64,000 bases of DNA. Origin: Actinomycetota bacterium (GTDB taxonomy: Bacteria; Actinomycetota; Acidimicrobiia; Acidimicrobiales; Ilumatobacteraceae). The notes beneath the pieces were generated by a model. The model was not told the origin of the DNA, did no database searches, and worked only from the letters and a program-made list of their open reading frames with translations. The DNA lies in the NCBI GenBank assembly GCA_027731085.1, contig JAQCDG010000001.1:5179-69178 (forward strand), in the 5' to 3' direction. How positions within the stretch are numbered: the stretch's first letter is position 1; each line of letters starts with the position of its first letter. The position numbers were made by a program, and so were the translations under genes. Below, one piece after another: positions 1 through 10,036 of the stretch.

Positions 1-744
1 AACAGCCATAACACTGGCGTCGACTCTGAAATTTGCAAAGTCGATCATTCGTTTTGCCGTTTCTTTTTCTTGACCCATTGAAACGAAAACATCGGTGTGC
101 ACCGCGTGTGCACCGATGGCGGCAATCTGCGCAGACGAATGCTGTTCAACCGACGCCGCACCCAACTGAGAAATTCGATTCAACTCGTTATCGTCTGCGC
201 CATAACCCTTCGGACAACCCAAACGAATGTGCATGCCTTCGAGCGCGCATGCTTCAACCAGTGATCTCGCCACATTGTTATAGTCGCCAACCCATGCCAC
301 TGTCTTTTTGTTTAGGTTGCCGAGTTCTTGACGCATGGTCAAAACATCGGCAATCGCCTGCAACGGATGCGACTGTTCGCTCAACATATTGATAATCGGC
401 ACGCTCGAAACTTGCGCCATGCGTTGCAACACCGAATGCGCAAACACGCGGGCAGCGATTGCGTGGTGATAACCAGCCATAATTCGTGTCACATCTTCAA
501 CTGTCTCGCGCTCGTCAAAACCGACTTCTTCGCCACGCGTAAAAATCGGGTGCCCACCCAGTTGTACGACCGCCATCTCCATGCTGTGTCGAGTTCGATT
601 CGACGGTTTTTCAAAGATCAAGGCGACACCCTTATCGGCCAGCGGTCGACCCAGTTTTGAAATATCAACCTCAGCCAGTGTCAAAACCGTGTTCAAATCA
701 CGCGCCGAAAGATCGGTCACGTCTAAGAAATGTCTGACGCTCAT
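1..744 (-). CDS. argF: ornithine carbamoyltransferase, N-terminal ~248 codons (3' end lies beyond window start)
   Basis: Not in the ORF track because it is open at the window edge. Manual minus-strand translation from ATG 744-742 gives MSVRHFLDVTDLSARDL..ALIFEKPSNRTRHSMEMA..SEQSHPLQAIADVLTM..VAWVGDYNNVARSL..DVFVSMGQEKE. These are the S-x-R-T-R, HPxQ and SMGQE motifs of OTCase. The start overlaps the argD stop as ATGA. Confidence 0.85.
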   Translation of the reverse strand, partial: MSVRHFLDVTDLSARDLNTVLTLAEVDISKLGRPLADKGVALIFEKPSNRTRHSMEMAVVQLGGHPIFTRGEEVGFDERETVEDVTRIMAGYHHAIAARVFAHSVLQRMAQVSSVPIINMLSEQSHPLQAIADVLTMRQELGNLNKKTVAWVGDYNNVARSLVEACALEGMHIRLGCPKGYGADDNELNRISQLGAASVEQHSSAQIAAIGAHAVHTDVFVSMGQEKETAKRMIDFANFRVDASVMAV

Positions 745-1967
745 AACACCGTCTTCATGATCGCAATCGCTTCGTCAATTTCTTCTGAACTCACGGTGAA
801 CGGCGGCGCCAGACGTAGCGCGTGGCTTGTGACCCCGTTGACGACTAATCCGAGTTCAAGCAATTGAGATGCGATTTTTTTGGCGTCCAGTTCAGGCTTC
901 AACTCTGCTGCCAACAACAACCCCCGCCCACGAACATCTACGACACTATTAATAGTTCGCAGTTTGGCACTAAGTTCTGCACCTTTTTGCTGCACGACTT
1001 GAGGTGCATTCATGTCGATCATCAATTGCATCGTTGCTCGAGCTGCCGCAGTTGCCAACGCTGTGCCGCTGTATGTGCTGCCGTGATCGCCAGGTTTAAA
1101 AACGCCGGCAACTTGTTGGCTCGCCCAAAGTGCGCCAATCGGCATGCCGTTGCCCATCGCCTTGGCCAGCATCACAACATCAGGCTTTATTTTGGCGTGC
1201 TCGAAACCAAACCATTTACCCGTTCGCGCAAAGCCGGTTTGCACTTCGTCGATCATCAATAAAATACCGCGCTCAGTGCACATCTTTCGTGCGGCTTGCA
1301 AGTATTCGACAGATGCAGGCACAACACCGCCCTCACCTTGCACTGTCTCAAGCAACACAGCCGCAACAGTTTCATCAAGTGCAGCCTCAAGTGACGCGAT
1401 GTCATTGAACACAACATGTCTAAAACCCTCAGGCATCGGCGCAAATGGCTCATGCTTTTCGGGTTGACCCGTCGCCGCCAACGCGGCAAGAGTTCGACCA
1501 TGAAAACTGCCAAGTGCACTGACCACGACATGTTTGCCACGACCGCCAAATTTTCGCGCCAACTTGATGCCTGCCTCATTGGCTTCCGCGCCCGAGTTGC
1601 AAAAAAATACTTGACCATAACCGGCCTGTTCGCCACAGGCTTCACTGAGCAATTTGTCGACCATTAGCGCTGTTTGTGTCGCAACGGGATTGGCGAAAAA
1701 ATTGCTGACGTGCAACAGCGTGTTGGCTTGTTGCGAAATCGCTGCCGCTACTACGGGGTTGCTGTGCCCAAGTGAAGTGACAGCGATGCCGCACAAGAAA
1801 TCTAAATAGCGTTTACCGTTCACATCCCACAATTGCGTGCCTTGTCCTCGCTCGAATATCACTTGTGGCGCGCCAAATACGGGCATGAATGGACACGAAG
1901 GTCGCGCGTTTAACAGCGCAGTTGCTACTTTACTTTTCGCAAAAGCATGAGTCGGTGTTGTCGCCAT
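741..1967 (-). CDS. argD: acetylornithine aminotransferase (class III PLP aminotransferase)
   Basis: 408 aa ORF with CNSGAEANE, DEVQTGFARTGKWF and LAKAMGNG (PLP-Lys context). Sits between argB and argF. Confidence 0.9.
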   Translation of the reverse strand: MATTPTHAFAKSKVATALLNARPSCPFMPVFGAPQVIFERGQGTQLWDVNGKRYLDFLCGIAVTSLGHSNPVVAAAISQQANTLLHVSNFFANPVATQTALMVDKLLSEACGEQAGYGQVFFCNSGAEANEAGIKLARKFGGRGKHVVVSALGSFHGRTLAALAATGQPEKHEPFAPMPEGFRHVVFNDIASLEAALDETVAAVLLETVQGEGGVVPASVEYLQAARKMCTERGILLMIDEVQTGFARTGKWFGFEHAKIKPDVVMLAKAMGNGMPIGALWASQQVAGVFKPGDHGSTYSGTALATAAARATMQLMIDMNAPQVVQQKGAELSAKLRTINSVVDVRGRGLLLAAELKPELDAKKIASQLLELGLVVNGVTSHALRLAPPFTVSSEEIDEAIAIMKTVL

Positions 1968-1975
1968 AATTATCG

Positions 1976-2875
1976 TTAGCCCTTCGAAACCATCGTGCCG
2001 ACACCGGCGTCAGTAAAAAGCTCAAGCAGTAAGACATGTGAAATTCTTCCGTCCAAGATGTGGGCTTGATAAACGCCACGCTCAATTGCCGAAACGCAAC
2101 TCTCGATTTTGGGGATCATTCCGCCGTCGATTGCACCAGATCTGAGCAGAGTTCGCAGTTGCGATGTCGTGGTCTGGCGTAGCAGTGACTTGGCGTCATC
2201 TTTGTTGCTTCGCACGCCTGCGATGTCGGTTAAATAAACCAGTTTTTGTGCGCCAAGTGCTTCGGATAATGCGCCAGCTGCCGTATCAGCATTGATGTTG
2301 TAAGCCTGACCAGAACTGTCTGTGCCCAGCGTCGCCACAACAGGCACTTGCGACTCTGCGAGCATCTTTTTGACAATTGTCGCATCAACTTTTGTTATCT
2401 CGCCGACAAATCCAAGTGCTTCATCATGCGGCGATGCAACGAACATGTTTGCATCTTGACCAGATACACCGACTGCTGGCGCACCGTGTTGGTTAATCGC
2501 CGACACCAACTGCGGATTCACCGTACCGAGCAACACCATGCTGACAATTTCCATTGTCTCAGCATCGGTGACCCGCAAACCATTATGAAAAGCTGGCTTC
2601 TTGCCAAGTCGTTCCATCATCGCCGAAATCTGCGGGCCCCCGCCGTGCACGACAACTGGTTTGAAACCAACCGCGTGCAGAAGCGCTATATCTTTTGCAA
2701 ATGCTGCCAGTGCATCATCGCTTGTCGAGCCAGCGAGTGCATTGCCGCCGTATTTAACCACAACTGTCTTGCCCGCGAATTTTTGAATGTACGGCAACGC
2801 TTCAATCAGCAAGTTTGCAACTTGGGCAGAGTCAACTACCGACTGATCAATAGCTGTTCGTTCGTTCGCAATCAC
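1976..2875 (-). CDS. argB: acetylglutamate kinase
   Basis: 299 aa with VVVKYGGNA and VVHGGGPQI motifs. GTG start overlaps the argC TGA (GTGA). Confidence 0.92.
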   Translation of the reverse strand: MIANERTAIDQSVVDSAQVANLLIEALPYIQKFAGKTVVVKYGGNALAGSTSDDALAAFAKDIALLHAVGFKPVVVHGGGPQISAMMERLGKKPAFHNGLRVTDAETMEIVSMVLLGTVNPQLVSAINQHGAPAVGVSGQDANMFVASPHDEALGFVGEITKVDATIVKKMLAESQVPVVATLGTDSSGQAYNINADTAAGALSEALGAQKLVYLTDIAGVRSNKDDAKSLLRQTTTSQLRTLLRSGAIDGGMIPKIESCVSAIERGVYQAHILDGRISHVLLLELFTDAGVGTMVSKG

Positions 2876-3918
2876 GGATACAACCCGACTTTGGTTAGAC
2901 CAAATGACTCGTCAATACCTAATGCAACATTGGCGGCTTGCACTGCCCCGCCTGCGGCACCCTTGGTCAAATTGTCGATCGCCGACAACACGATCACATA
3001 GCCTGTCCGTTGATCGAATCTCGCCGAAAGATGAACCGAGTTTGTGCCTAGCGTTGCCTTTGTCGAGGGCGACGCTGGTCGTACCGCTACAAATGGCTCT
3101 CGAGCATATGTTCGACTCAACACAGCCAGCAACGAAGCCGTACTTGTTTTCGATGCGTCAATAGGTCGGGCATAACAGGTTGCGAGAATGCCACGATTCA
3201 TCGGCGCCAGATGCGGGGTAAACAAAACTTGCGCGCCAGTCACCTGCTCTATCTCTGGCGTGTGTCGATGATCGAGCAAGCCGTAAGCAGTGAAGTCTTC
3301 GTCTACAGCACAAAACGAATTGCTACTTTTTAACGCCCTGCCAGCCCCCGACACACCAGAGGCAGCATCGACAATTACACCAGTTGTTGAAATAACACTG
3401 GCTTTTACCAACGGGGCGAGAGCCAAACTCGCCGCAGTCACGTAACAACCCGGAGTTGCGATCAACTTTGCCGTCTTCAACTCTTGACGATACAACTCGG
3501 GCAAACCGTAGACAGCGGCTTTTAACTCTGCAGGCTGATCGTGATCGAAGCCATACCAAGTCGGATAGAGCGTCGGGTCTTTCAACCTAAATGCTGCGCT
3601 GCAGTCAACTACTAGTCGCACCTTGTTAACTAGTTGCGGCACGATCTTCAGGCTGGCTTCGTGTGGCAAAGCCAGAAACACGACATCACATTTCAGCGAT
3701 TTGTCCAATGAATATTCGTCGAACACCAAGTTTGGATAAGCAGTGGTCAAACTCGGATAAAGCGTCGAAGCCAATGCCCCTGCCTGCGAATCACCTGTGG
3801 CGTAGACAACTTCAAATTCTGGGTGACTTGCACAGAGCCTGAGCAACTCTGCTCCAACGAAGCCCGAAGCACCCAAAATACCTACTGAAATCATAGATGT
3901 ATGATTATACGGTGCCAT
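2872..3918 (-). CDS. argC: N-acetyl-gamma-glutamyl-phosphate reductase
   Basis: 348 aa with N-terminal ILGASGFVGAELLRL (NAD-binding site) and catalytic Cys context PGCYVTAASLAL. The true start may be the internal Met at MISVGILGASG. Confidence 0.92.
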   Translation of the reverse strand: MAPYNHTSMISVGILGASGFVGAELLRLCASHPEFEVVYATGDSQAGALASTLYPSLTTAYPNLVFDEYSLDKSLKCDVVFLALPHEASLKIVPQLVNKVRLVVDCSAAFRLKDPTLYPTWYGFDHDQPAELKAAVYGLPELYRQELKTAKLIATPGCYVTAASLALAPLVKASVISTTGVIVDAASGVSGAGRALKSSNSFCAVDEDFTAYGLLDHRHTPEIEQVTGAQVLFTPHLAPMNRGILATCYARPIDASKTSTASLLAVLSRTYAREPFVAVRPASPSTKATLGTNSVHLSARFDQRTGYVIVLSAIDNLTKGAAGGAVQAANVALGIDESFGLTKVGLYP

Positions 3919-3924
3919 GCATAA

Positions 3925-4569
3925 TTATGCAAGCATCTTTTTAAGGGCTTTTACTCGGACGGTCTCACACTTTTCACGCTGAGAGCAACCCAGATAATGG
4001 TCATTTACAACCCCGAGAGACTGCATTGCGGCATACATCGTCGTCGCCCCGACGAAGTTAAAGCCAAGTTTGCGCAACGACTTGGACAATTCCTCAGACT
4101 CAGGTGTTTGACTACGAATATCTCGAGGCGACCGCGGTGCCTTTGACGATCTCTTCGTTTGGTTCTCAGGGCAAAAACTCCACATAAATCTCGCCAATGA
4201 ACCGAATTCACTTTGCAGTTGCAAAGTCATCTTGGCGTTTTGAATGGTCGCTTCGATTTTGCCCCGATGTCTAACGATGCCAGCGTTTTTCAGCAACCGT
4301 TCAATGTCTCTATTCGTGAATTTTGCGACGACTGCAGGTTCAAAGTTTTTGAACGCCAACCTAAACGCCGGCCGCTTGCGTAATATCGTCAGCCAACTTA
4401 ACCCCGACTGAAAACCCTCGAGACAAATCTTTTCATAAATCAATTTGTCATCGACAACAGGCATGCCCCACTCAGCATCGTGATAACGCAAATATTCGCT
4501 ATCGCCCGCGCACCAACTGCACCGCGCCTTGCCATCGTCGCCAACAAATAACGCCTTGTGCTTGCTCAT
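3925..4569 (-). CDS. tag: DNA-3-methyladenine glycosylase I
   Basis: 214 aa with CSWC..YHDAEWGMPV..GFQSGLSWLTIL, typical of Tag. Confidence 0.85.
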   Translation of the reverse strand: MSKHKALFVGDDGKARCSWCAGDSEYLRYHDAEWGMPVVDDKLIYEKICLEGFQSGLSWLTILRKRPAFRLAFKNFEPAVVAKFTNRDIERLLKNAGIVRHRGKIEATIQNAKMTLQLQSEFGSLARFMWSFCPENQTKRSSKAPRSPRDIRSQTPESEELSKSLRKLGFNFVGATTMYAAMQSLGVVNDHYLGCSQREKCETVRVKALKKMLA

Positions 4570-4590
4570 CGCGTTCGAGTGCGACCGCAG

Positions 4591-6966
4591 TTAATTGCGA
4601 AGTTGCGCACCAAGTTTTGCCGCGGCATCTAGACATTTTTGTCGAATTGAGGTCACTTCGGCGTCCGTCAATGTTCGATCGCTGGCTTGCAAACACAACC
4701 TAAATGTCACACTTCGAGAATCTGCTGACAGACCAGTACCTCGATAAACATCGAACAATTCGAGGTCAACTAGTTCTGAGCCCCCTGCTTGACGTAGCGC
4801 CTTCAACACTGCGCCAGCAGTTTGACTGTTTGGCACCGAGAACGCCAAGTCAAAATCACTTCTCGGAAACCGACTGACAGGCTTTGCCGTTACAACTTTC
4901 GGCGTCTCGACAAGCAACACCGAGAGATTCAACTCAAGACACGCCACCGAAGTGTTGATCTGATTGTGCGCCAACACTCGCGGATCGATTTCACCAACGC
5001 AGCCCAACACTTGCTTGCCACGACGCAACGTTGCACTGCGCTTAGGGTGATAGCCCGATTCGATACTTGTCTGATCAAGTTGTGCGCCAAAACCCATCAC
5101 ACTTGAGAGTTGACTCCACCAATCGAGTGCGAGAGCACTCGTCTCACCTACGGCCACCAGACACAGCGACTCATATTCATCAGGCAAACCATCTGCAGAA
5201 TCTTTAGAACCCGCCGGGTAGACATGACCTAGCTCGAACAGCAAAATGTTGCTTGCCCGATGCGAGAGGTTGAAACTTATCGCCTTTAACAAACCAGGTC
5301 GCAACGATGTACGCAACACGCTTTCTTCATAAACAAGCGGATTTGCGAGTCGAATTGCATTGTCTTCGAGCAACCCAGATTTCACTAAGTCGCCTGGCGC
5401 CAAGAACGGGTTTGGCATCGCTTCGCTCAACCCCATGCTCAGCACGAGTTCATGAATTTCGCGACGGCGTTGTTGCACTGTTGAGAGTCGACCATGCGTC
5501 GTCGACTGCGGCACGATCTTGCCCAAATTTTCGTAACCGTAATGCCGTGCAATTTCTTCTATCAAGTCGATTTCGGTTTCGCAATCCGGACGCCATGAAG
5601 GTACAGCAACTTTGATGGTCGCCGACTTGGCTGATGATGTCGATTTAGTAACAAAACCAATCTTCGCCAACATCGCCGATATCGCTTTGGGTGAAAGTTT
5701 TGTGCCCAAAATGCGTGTCACTTGAGAAACACGCAAGTTGACGATTTTTTGTTTCGGCGCGAGCGTCTTTTCTTTGATATCAGCGCCTCCACCATGCACA
5801 ACCAAATACGGGCACGATTCACGCAACAAAGATGCAAACCGGCTGACTGCATGATCAATGCCGTGTGGGTCAACACCTCGCTCAAAGCGCATTGATGCTT
5901 CAGACTTGAGACCAAGCCTCGTCGCAGTCTGAGCGACACCTGATGCTTCAAACCATGCCGTTTCTAATGCAACTGTTGTTGTCTGCTTGCTAATTTCGGT
6001 TGATGCCCCACCCATCACGCCGGCAAGACCAATCGGTGTGTCTTTGCCATCACAAATCAAAAGGTCTGTGGTTTCAAGCTGCCGCACCTGGTCGTCGAGT
6101 GTCAACAATGTTTCGTTAGGACGCGCACAGCGAATCTTGAAACCGTTATTCACTTTTTCGGCATCGAAGGCATGAGTTGGCTGATTAAGTTCAAGCATCA
6201 CCAAATTAGAAGCATCAACGACATTGTTGATCGGTCGCATGCCGCAGTTTGTCAGTCGTCGTGCAATCCAAGTTGGAGATTCGCCAACTACGACACCAGA
6301 CATAACCGTCATGTTGTATCGAGCACAACGGTCTTTGTCGGCAATTGTGACCTTCATCGAACGTACAGGGCCTTTTTTAGTTTTGTCGCCACTCGGGCTT
6401 ACTACTTTTACACCCAAATGCGCGCCAAGATCGCGTGCAACACCTAAATAGCCGTTGCAATCTGGACGATTACGGGTCACATCCATATCGAAAACGCAAT
6501 CACTTTTAATACCTAGCGCACTAAACAAATCTGACCCGAGTTTCAAGTCGTTGGGCAAAATCAAGATGCCGTCAGAGTCGGTCGTCAATCCCAATTCGGT
6601 GCCAGAGCAAAGCATGCCATGGCTCTCAACACCGAGAATTCCGCGAGGTGTGATCACACGGCCATCAGGCATCGTTGTACCGAGAGTCGCCAACGGAATC
6701 AAATCTCCTGGTTTCATATTGAAAGCACCGCACCAAATATGCAATTCTTTGCCGTCGCCCGCATCGACATATACGCGATGCACTTTTTCTGCGTCAGGAT
6801 GCCGCTCGGTTCTCAACACCTTGGCCACAACCACGCCTTTTACTGGCGTGCCGACGATCGTTACCGATTCAACTGCCAATCCCAAGCTGGTCATTGCGGC
6901 AGAAAGTTTTTCGGCGTCGTTGCCAAACGTGCCGAAGTCGTTCAACCATGAATTCAAAATCTTCAC
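4591..6966 (-). CDS. pheT: phenylalanine--tRNA ligase beta subunit
   Basis: 791 aa with an N-terminal tRNA-binding domain (MKILNSWLNDF..), B3/4 and B5 regions, and a C-terminal FDX-ACB-like end. Overlaps the pheS stop by 1 nt. Confidence 0.95.
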   Translation of the reverse strand: MKILNSWLNDFGTFGNDAEKLSAAMTSLGLAVESVTIVGTPVKGVVVAKVLRTERHPDAEKVHRVYVDAGDGKELHIWCGAFNMKPGDLIPLATLGTTMPDGRVITPRGILGVESHGMLCSGTELGLTTDSDGILILPNDLKLGSDLFSALGIKSDCVFDMDVTRNRPDCNGYLGVARDLGAHLGVKVVSPSGDKTKKGPVRSMKVTIADKDRCARYNMTVMSGVVVGESPTWIARRLTNCGMRPINNVVDASNLVMLELNQPTHAFDAEKVNNGFKIRCARPNETLLTLDDQVRQLETTDLLICDGKDTPIGLAGVMGGASTEISKQTTTVALETAWFEASGVAQTATRLGLKSEASMRFERGVDPHGIDHAVSRFASLLRESCPYLVVHGGGADIKEKTLAPKQKIVNLRVSQVTRILGTKLSPKAISAMLAKIGFVTKSTSSAKSATIKVAVPSWRPDCETEIDLIEEIARHYGYENLGKIVPQSTTHGRLSTVQQRRREIHELVLSMGLSEAMPNPFLAPGDLVKSGLLEDNAIRLANPLVYEESVLRTSLRPGLLKAISFNLSHRASNILLFELGHVYPAGSKDSADGLPDEYESLCLVAVGETSALALDWWSQLSSVMGFGAQLDQTSIESGYHPKRSATLRRGKQVLGCVGEIDPRVLAHNQINTSVACLELNLSVLLVETPKVVTAKPVSRFPRSDFDLAFSVPNSQTAGAVLKALRQAGGSELVDLELFDVYRGTGLSADSRSVTFRLCLQASDRTLTDAEVTSIRQKCLDAAAKLGAQLRN

Positions 6967-7994
6967 TAGAACTGCCTCAAAAATCTCAGGTCGTTCGTGT
7001 ACATCTCGCGAATATCTTCAACCTTGTGACGCTCTTTGGCCATGCGATCAATACCGAAACCGAAAGCAAAACCGCTGAACTCTTCAGGGTCAATGCCACC
7101 GCTGATCAAAACATTCGGGTGCACCATGCCACAGCCACCAAGTTCTATCCACTCACCGTCGGCACGCCGAATGTCGAACTCGGCGCTCGGTTCAGTGAAC
7201 GGAAAAAATGACGGACGAAGCCGACTTGTGAACTCTGAACCAAAAAATGCTTTGGTGAAAGACTCGATTGTGCCTGCCAAGTGCGCGAATGTGATACCCC
7301 GATCGATCACTAATCCTTCTATTTGGTGAAACACTGGCATGTGCGTCGCGTCGGGCGTATCGCGTCTAAACACACGGCCAGGCATGATCGCGTAAATCGG
7401 TGGCTTCCATGATTTCATCACGCGAATCTGCACTGGCGAAGTATGGGTACGCAACAGAACTGAGCCAGGCTCACCATATTCAAGAAACATCGTGTCAAAT
7501 TCTGATCGCGCTGGGTGCGACTTAGGCATGTTCAAGGCTTCGAAATTATTGAAATCTGTTTCTACCTCAGGTCCTTCGGCAATCTGAAAGCCGAGACCGA
7601 TGAACACATCTTCAAGCCTCTGAGTTGCTTGAGTAACTATGTGACTGTGACCGCGTCGACGCTGCACCAACAACTCTGTTAGATCGAGCGACTCACTGGC
7701 GATGCGAGCGGCAATTTCATTGTCGGCAAACTCGCTTGAACGCGTCTCGAGGGCGGCGGCAATCTCTGTTGCGGCCGCATTGAGCATTTGCCCTATCGAG
7801 CGTTTGTCATCGACCGATGCCAACTTGCCCATCTCGCTCTTAAAACTATTGAGAGGACTATCTTTCTTGTTCAAATCGGCGCTGAGCACTCGCAACCCCG
7901 CGAGGTCGGCTGCATTTTTAATCGCCAACATTGCTGAGTCTTTGGCCGACTGAATAGCCTCGCTCATCGACCCAACAGAGTTTTGCTCAGACAT
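6966..7994 (-). CDS. pheS: phenylalanine--tRNA ligase alpha subunit
   Basis: 342 aa with class II motifs (PGRVFRRD, GFAFGFGIDRMA). Confidence 0.95.
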   Translation of the reverse strand: MSEQNSVGSMSEAIQSAKDSAMLAIKNAADLAGLRVLSADLNKKDSPLNSFKSEMGKLASVDDKRSIGQMLNAAATEIAAALETRSSEFADNEIAARIASESLDLTELLVQRRRGHSHIVTQATQRLEDVFIGLGFQIAEGPEVETDFNNFEALNMPKSHPARSEFDTMFLEYGEPGSVLLRTHTSPVQIRVMKSWKPPIYAIMPGRVFRRDTPDATHMPVFHQIEGLVIDRGITFAHLAGTIESFTKAFFGSEFTSRLRPSFFPFTEPSAEFDIRRADGEWIELGGCGMVHPNVLISGGIDPEEFSGFAFGFGIDRMAKERHKVEDIREMYTNDLRFLRQF

Positions 7995-8033
7995 CGTTAT
8001 CTAACTTTAGTCTTTTACGACTTCGCGACTGTG

Positions 8034-8801
8034 CTACTTATTGTGTTGTCGCTTGACTTCAAAGCACAATAAGGTCGCTGCCATCGCGACATTGAGGCTT
8101 TCAGAGCGTCCGGTGTGTTGAATCGTCAACCAACCATCCAGCTTGGTGCTTGTCGGCAAACCGTGAGCCTCGTTACCAAGCACGATCGCCACGCGACCCG
8201 ACAAATCTGCGGCGTTGAAATCAATCGACTTTTCAAGTTGATGACTCGATGAACCCCATGACTTGAAGCCAAGCGACGAAATATCTTCGAGTGCAAAGCC
8301 TTCGAATACTGGGATATTGAAAATTGCGCCAGCCGACGCTCGCACAACTTTGGGACTGAACGCATCGACAGTGCCACTCGTCAAGAACACTGCACTCGCA
8401 CCTGCTGCCTCTGCCGATCGCAAGATTGTGCCCAAGTTGCCAGGGTCAGAAATTTTGTCGACAACGACGACCCAACTATCTTCATCACCTTTTAATTCGC
8501 TGATATTGTGCTCTTTTTTCAGCACGATCGCAATCACAGGTTGCGGTGTCGCAGTTGACGCGACGCGCTCGATCACTCCGGATGCCAGATCGTTGACGGC
8601 GCTACCCGCACCCGAACATGCGACGGCACCCGGTGCGACGAATTGAGATTCAATTTGCCAGCCCGCACGAATCGCTTCGTCGATCAGCGTTGCGCCTTCA
8701 ACTGCGAACGCTTTTTCTTGCGCTCGTTCTGATTTATCGTTTACAAGTCTGCGTAGTCGCTGAACTCGATTGCTCGTGAACGCGAGTGGCGAAAGACTCA
8801 G
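8034..8801 (-). CDS. TrmH/SpoU-family RNA 2'-O-methyltransferase (TsnR-like); start codon unresolved
   Basis: Catalytic domain has [16 protein letters not shown] and [11 protein letters not shown]. The ORF-track GTG start at 8576 omits about 75 in-frame codons (..[49 protein letters not shown]..) that encode the conserved N-terminal substrate-binding domain. No ATG/GTG/TTG exists in that stretch. The upper bound given here is the CTG at 8801-8799. Confidence 0.75.
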   Translation of the reverse strand: MSLSPLAFTSNRVQRLRRLVNDKSERAQEKAFAVEGATLIDEAIRAGWQIESQFVAPGAVACSGAGSAVNDLASGVIERVASTATPQPVIAIVLKKEHNISELKGDEDSWVVVVDKISDPGNLGTILRSAEAAGASAVFLTSGTVDAFSPKVVRASAGAIFNIPVFEGFALEDISSLGFKSWGSSSHQLEKSIDFNAADLSGRVAIVLGNEAHGLPTSTKLDGWLTIQHTGRSESLNVAMAATLLCFEVKRQHNK

Positions 8802-9154
8802 ACGAGTGCGCCCTTTGCAGTCTCAACCAATTTTGCAAAAGCCTTCTCGTCATGCACGGCAAGATCGGCCAAAATCTTTCGATCGACGGTGATGCCCGCC
8901 GCAGACATGCCCGCAATGAATCGGCTATAGCTCATATCGTGCATGCGGCATCCAGCGTTGATGCGCTGAATCCAAAGACTGCGAAACTCGCCCTTCTTTG
9001 CACGACGGTCACGAAACGCATACTGACCTGAGTGCAGTACTTGTTCGTTTGCCGATCGGAAGGTGCGGCTGCGATCGCCGTAGTAACCCTTCGCCTTTTC
9101 AAGAATTGCCCTGTGCTTTTTGCGGGCATGAACACCACGTTTAACTCTGGCCAT
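8798..9154 (-). CDS. rplT: 50S ribosomal protein L20
   Basis: 118 aa starting [26 protein letters not shown]. Confidence 0.97.
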   Translation of the reverse strand: MARVKRGVHARKKHRAILEKAKGYYGDRSRTFRSANEQVLHSGQYAFRDRRAKKGEFRSLWIQRINAGCRMHDMSYSRFIAGMSAAGITVDRKILADLAVHDEKAFAKLVETAKGALV

Positions 9155-9207
9155 CTTCGTTTCCTTTCACTTAAAGTTTGAATTGAGATTTGTATTAAAT
9201 TCTCGAT

Positions 9208-9405
9208 TTACCGCTCTGCGAGCAGACGCTTGATTCGCTTCACATCGCCTGTATGCACATTGACCGTGCCATCAAGACGACGAGTACGCTCACTCGACTT
9301 GTGTTCGAACAAGTGCTGACGCATCGACTGTTGACGGCGAAGTTTGCCCGTGCCTGTTTTCTTAAATCGCTTTTTGGCTGTCTTGGATGTTTTCATCTTT
9401 GGCAT
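9208..9405 (-). CDS. rpmI: 50S ribosomal protein L35
   Basis: 65 aa starting [24 protein letters not shown]. Its own GGAG lies 9 nt upstream, inside the infC tail. Confidence 0.97.
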   Translation of the reverse strand: MPKMKTSKTAKKRFKKTGTGKLRRQQSMRQHLFEHKSSERTRRLDGTVNVHTGDVKRIKRLLAER

Positions 9406-10036
9406 TTTGTGTCTCCGTTTCGGTTGTCGTTACTGAATTCTCTTGTGTGATCGTTGCCGGCTTGATAGTTGCCGGTCTGGCTACTTCTGGCTTTGGGCTC
9501 GCAGGGCGTTTGGCTGCTTTTTTGTCTGGCGAAAGAACCATCGTCATGTTTCGACCTTCAAGTCGAGCCGAGGTGTCAACTTTGGCAATCGGACCGAGCT
9601 GTTCGATCACGGCATCCAAAATCTTCGAACCCAACTCTGGGTGAGCCATTTCTCGACCTCTGAATTGCAAGGTGACTTTTACCTTGTGGCCCTCGTCGAG
9701 AAACTCGAGCATGTGGCGCACCTTGGTGTCAAAGTCTCCTTTGGCAATCTTCGGCTTGAACTTGACTTCCTTTATTGTGATCTGCACCGTTTTTTTGCGG
9801 GATTCTTTCAGCCGTTGCGCTTCTTCGTAGCGAAACTTGCCGTAGTCCATAATTCGACATACGGGTGGTTCTGCTAACGGAGCAACTTCGACAAGGTCTA
9901 AATCGGCCTTGCGTGATCGCTCAAGTGCATCTTCAATACTGACGACTCCAACTTGTGATCCGTCTGCATCAACGAGCCGAACCTGTTTGGCTCGAATTCT
10001 CTCGTTGCAGCGTGGCTCATTATTTGGCGGTGCTAT
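9362..10036 (-). CDS. infC: translation initiation factor IF-3 (non-canonical start, ATA candidate)
   Basis: The ORF track gives only the C-terminal part from Met 9850. The frame is open up to TGA 10045-10043 and encodes the IF3 N-domain ([58 protein letters not shown]). No ATG/GTG/TTG is available. ATA at 10036-10034 is the most upstream near-cognate codon; ATT at 9997-9995 is the alternative. Confidence 0.85.
   Translation of the reverse strand: MAPPNNEPRCNERIRAKQVRLVDADGSQVGVVSIEDALERSRKADLDLVEVAPLAEPPVCRIMDYGKFRYEEAQRLKESRKKTVQITIKEVKFKPKIAKGDFDTKVRHMLEFLDEGHKVKVTLQFRGREMAHPELGSKILDAVIEQLGPIAKVDTSARLEGRNMTMVLSPDKKAAKRPASPKPEVARPATIKPATITQENSVTTTETETQNAKDENIQDSQKAI

Noticed and set aside
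33-660. Plus-strand ORFs 33..392 and 328..660 at the window start.
   Set aside because: The minus strand here encodes a clean ornithine carbamoyltransferase N-terminus (argF) coupled to argD. The plus-strand ORFs are antisense artefacts.
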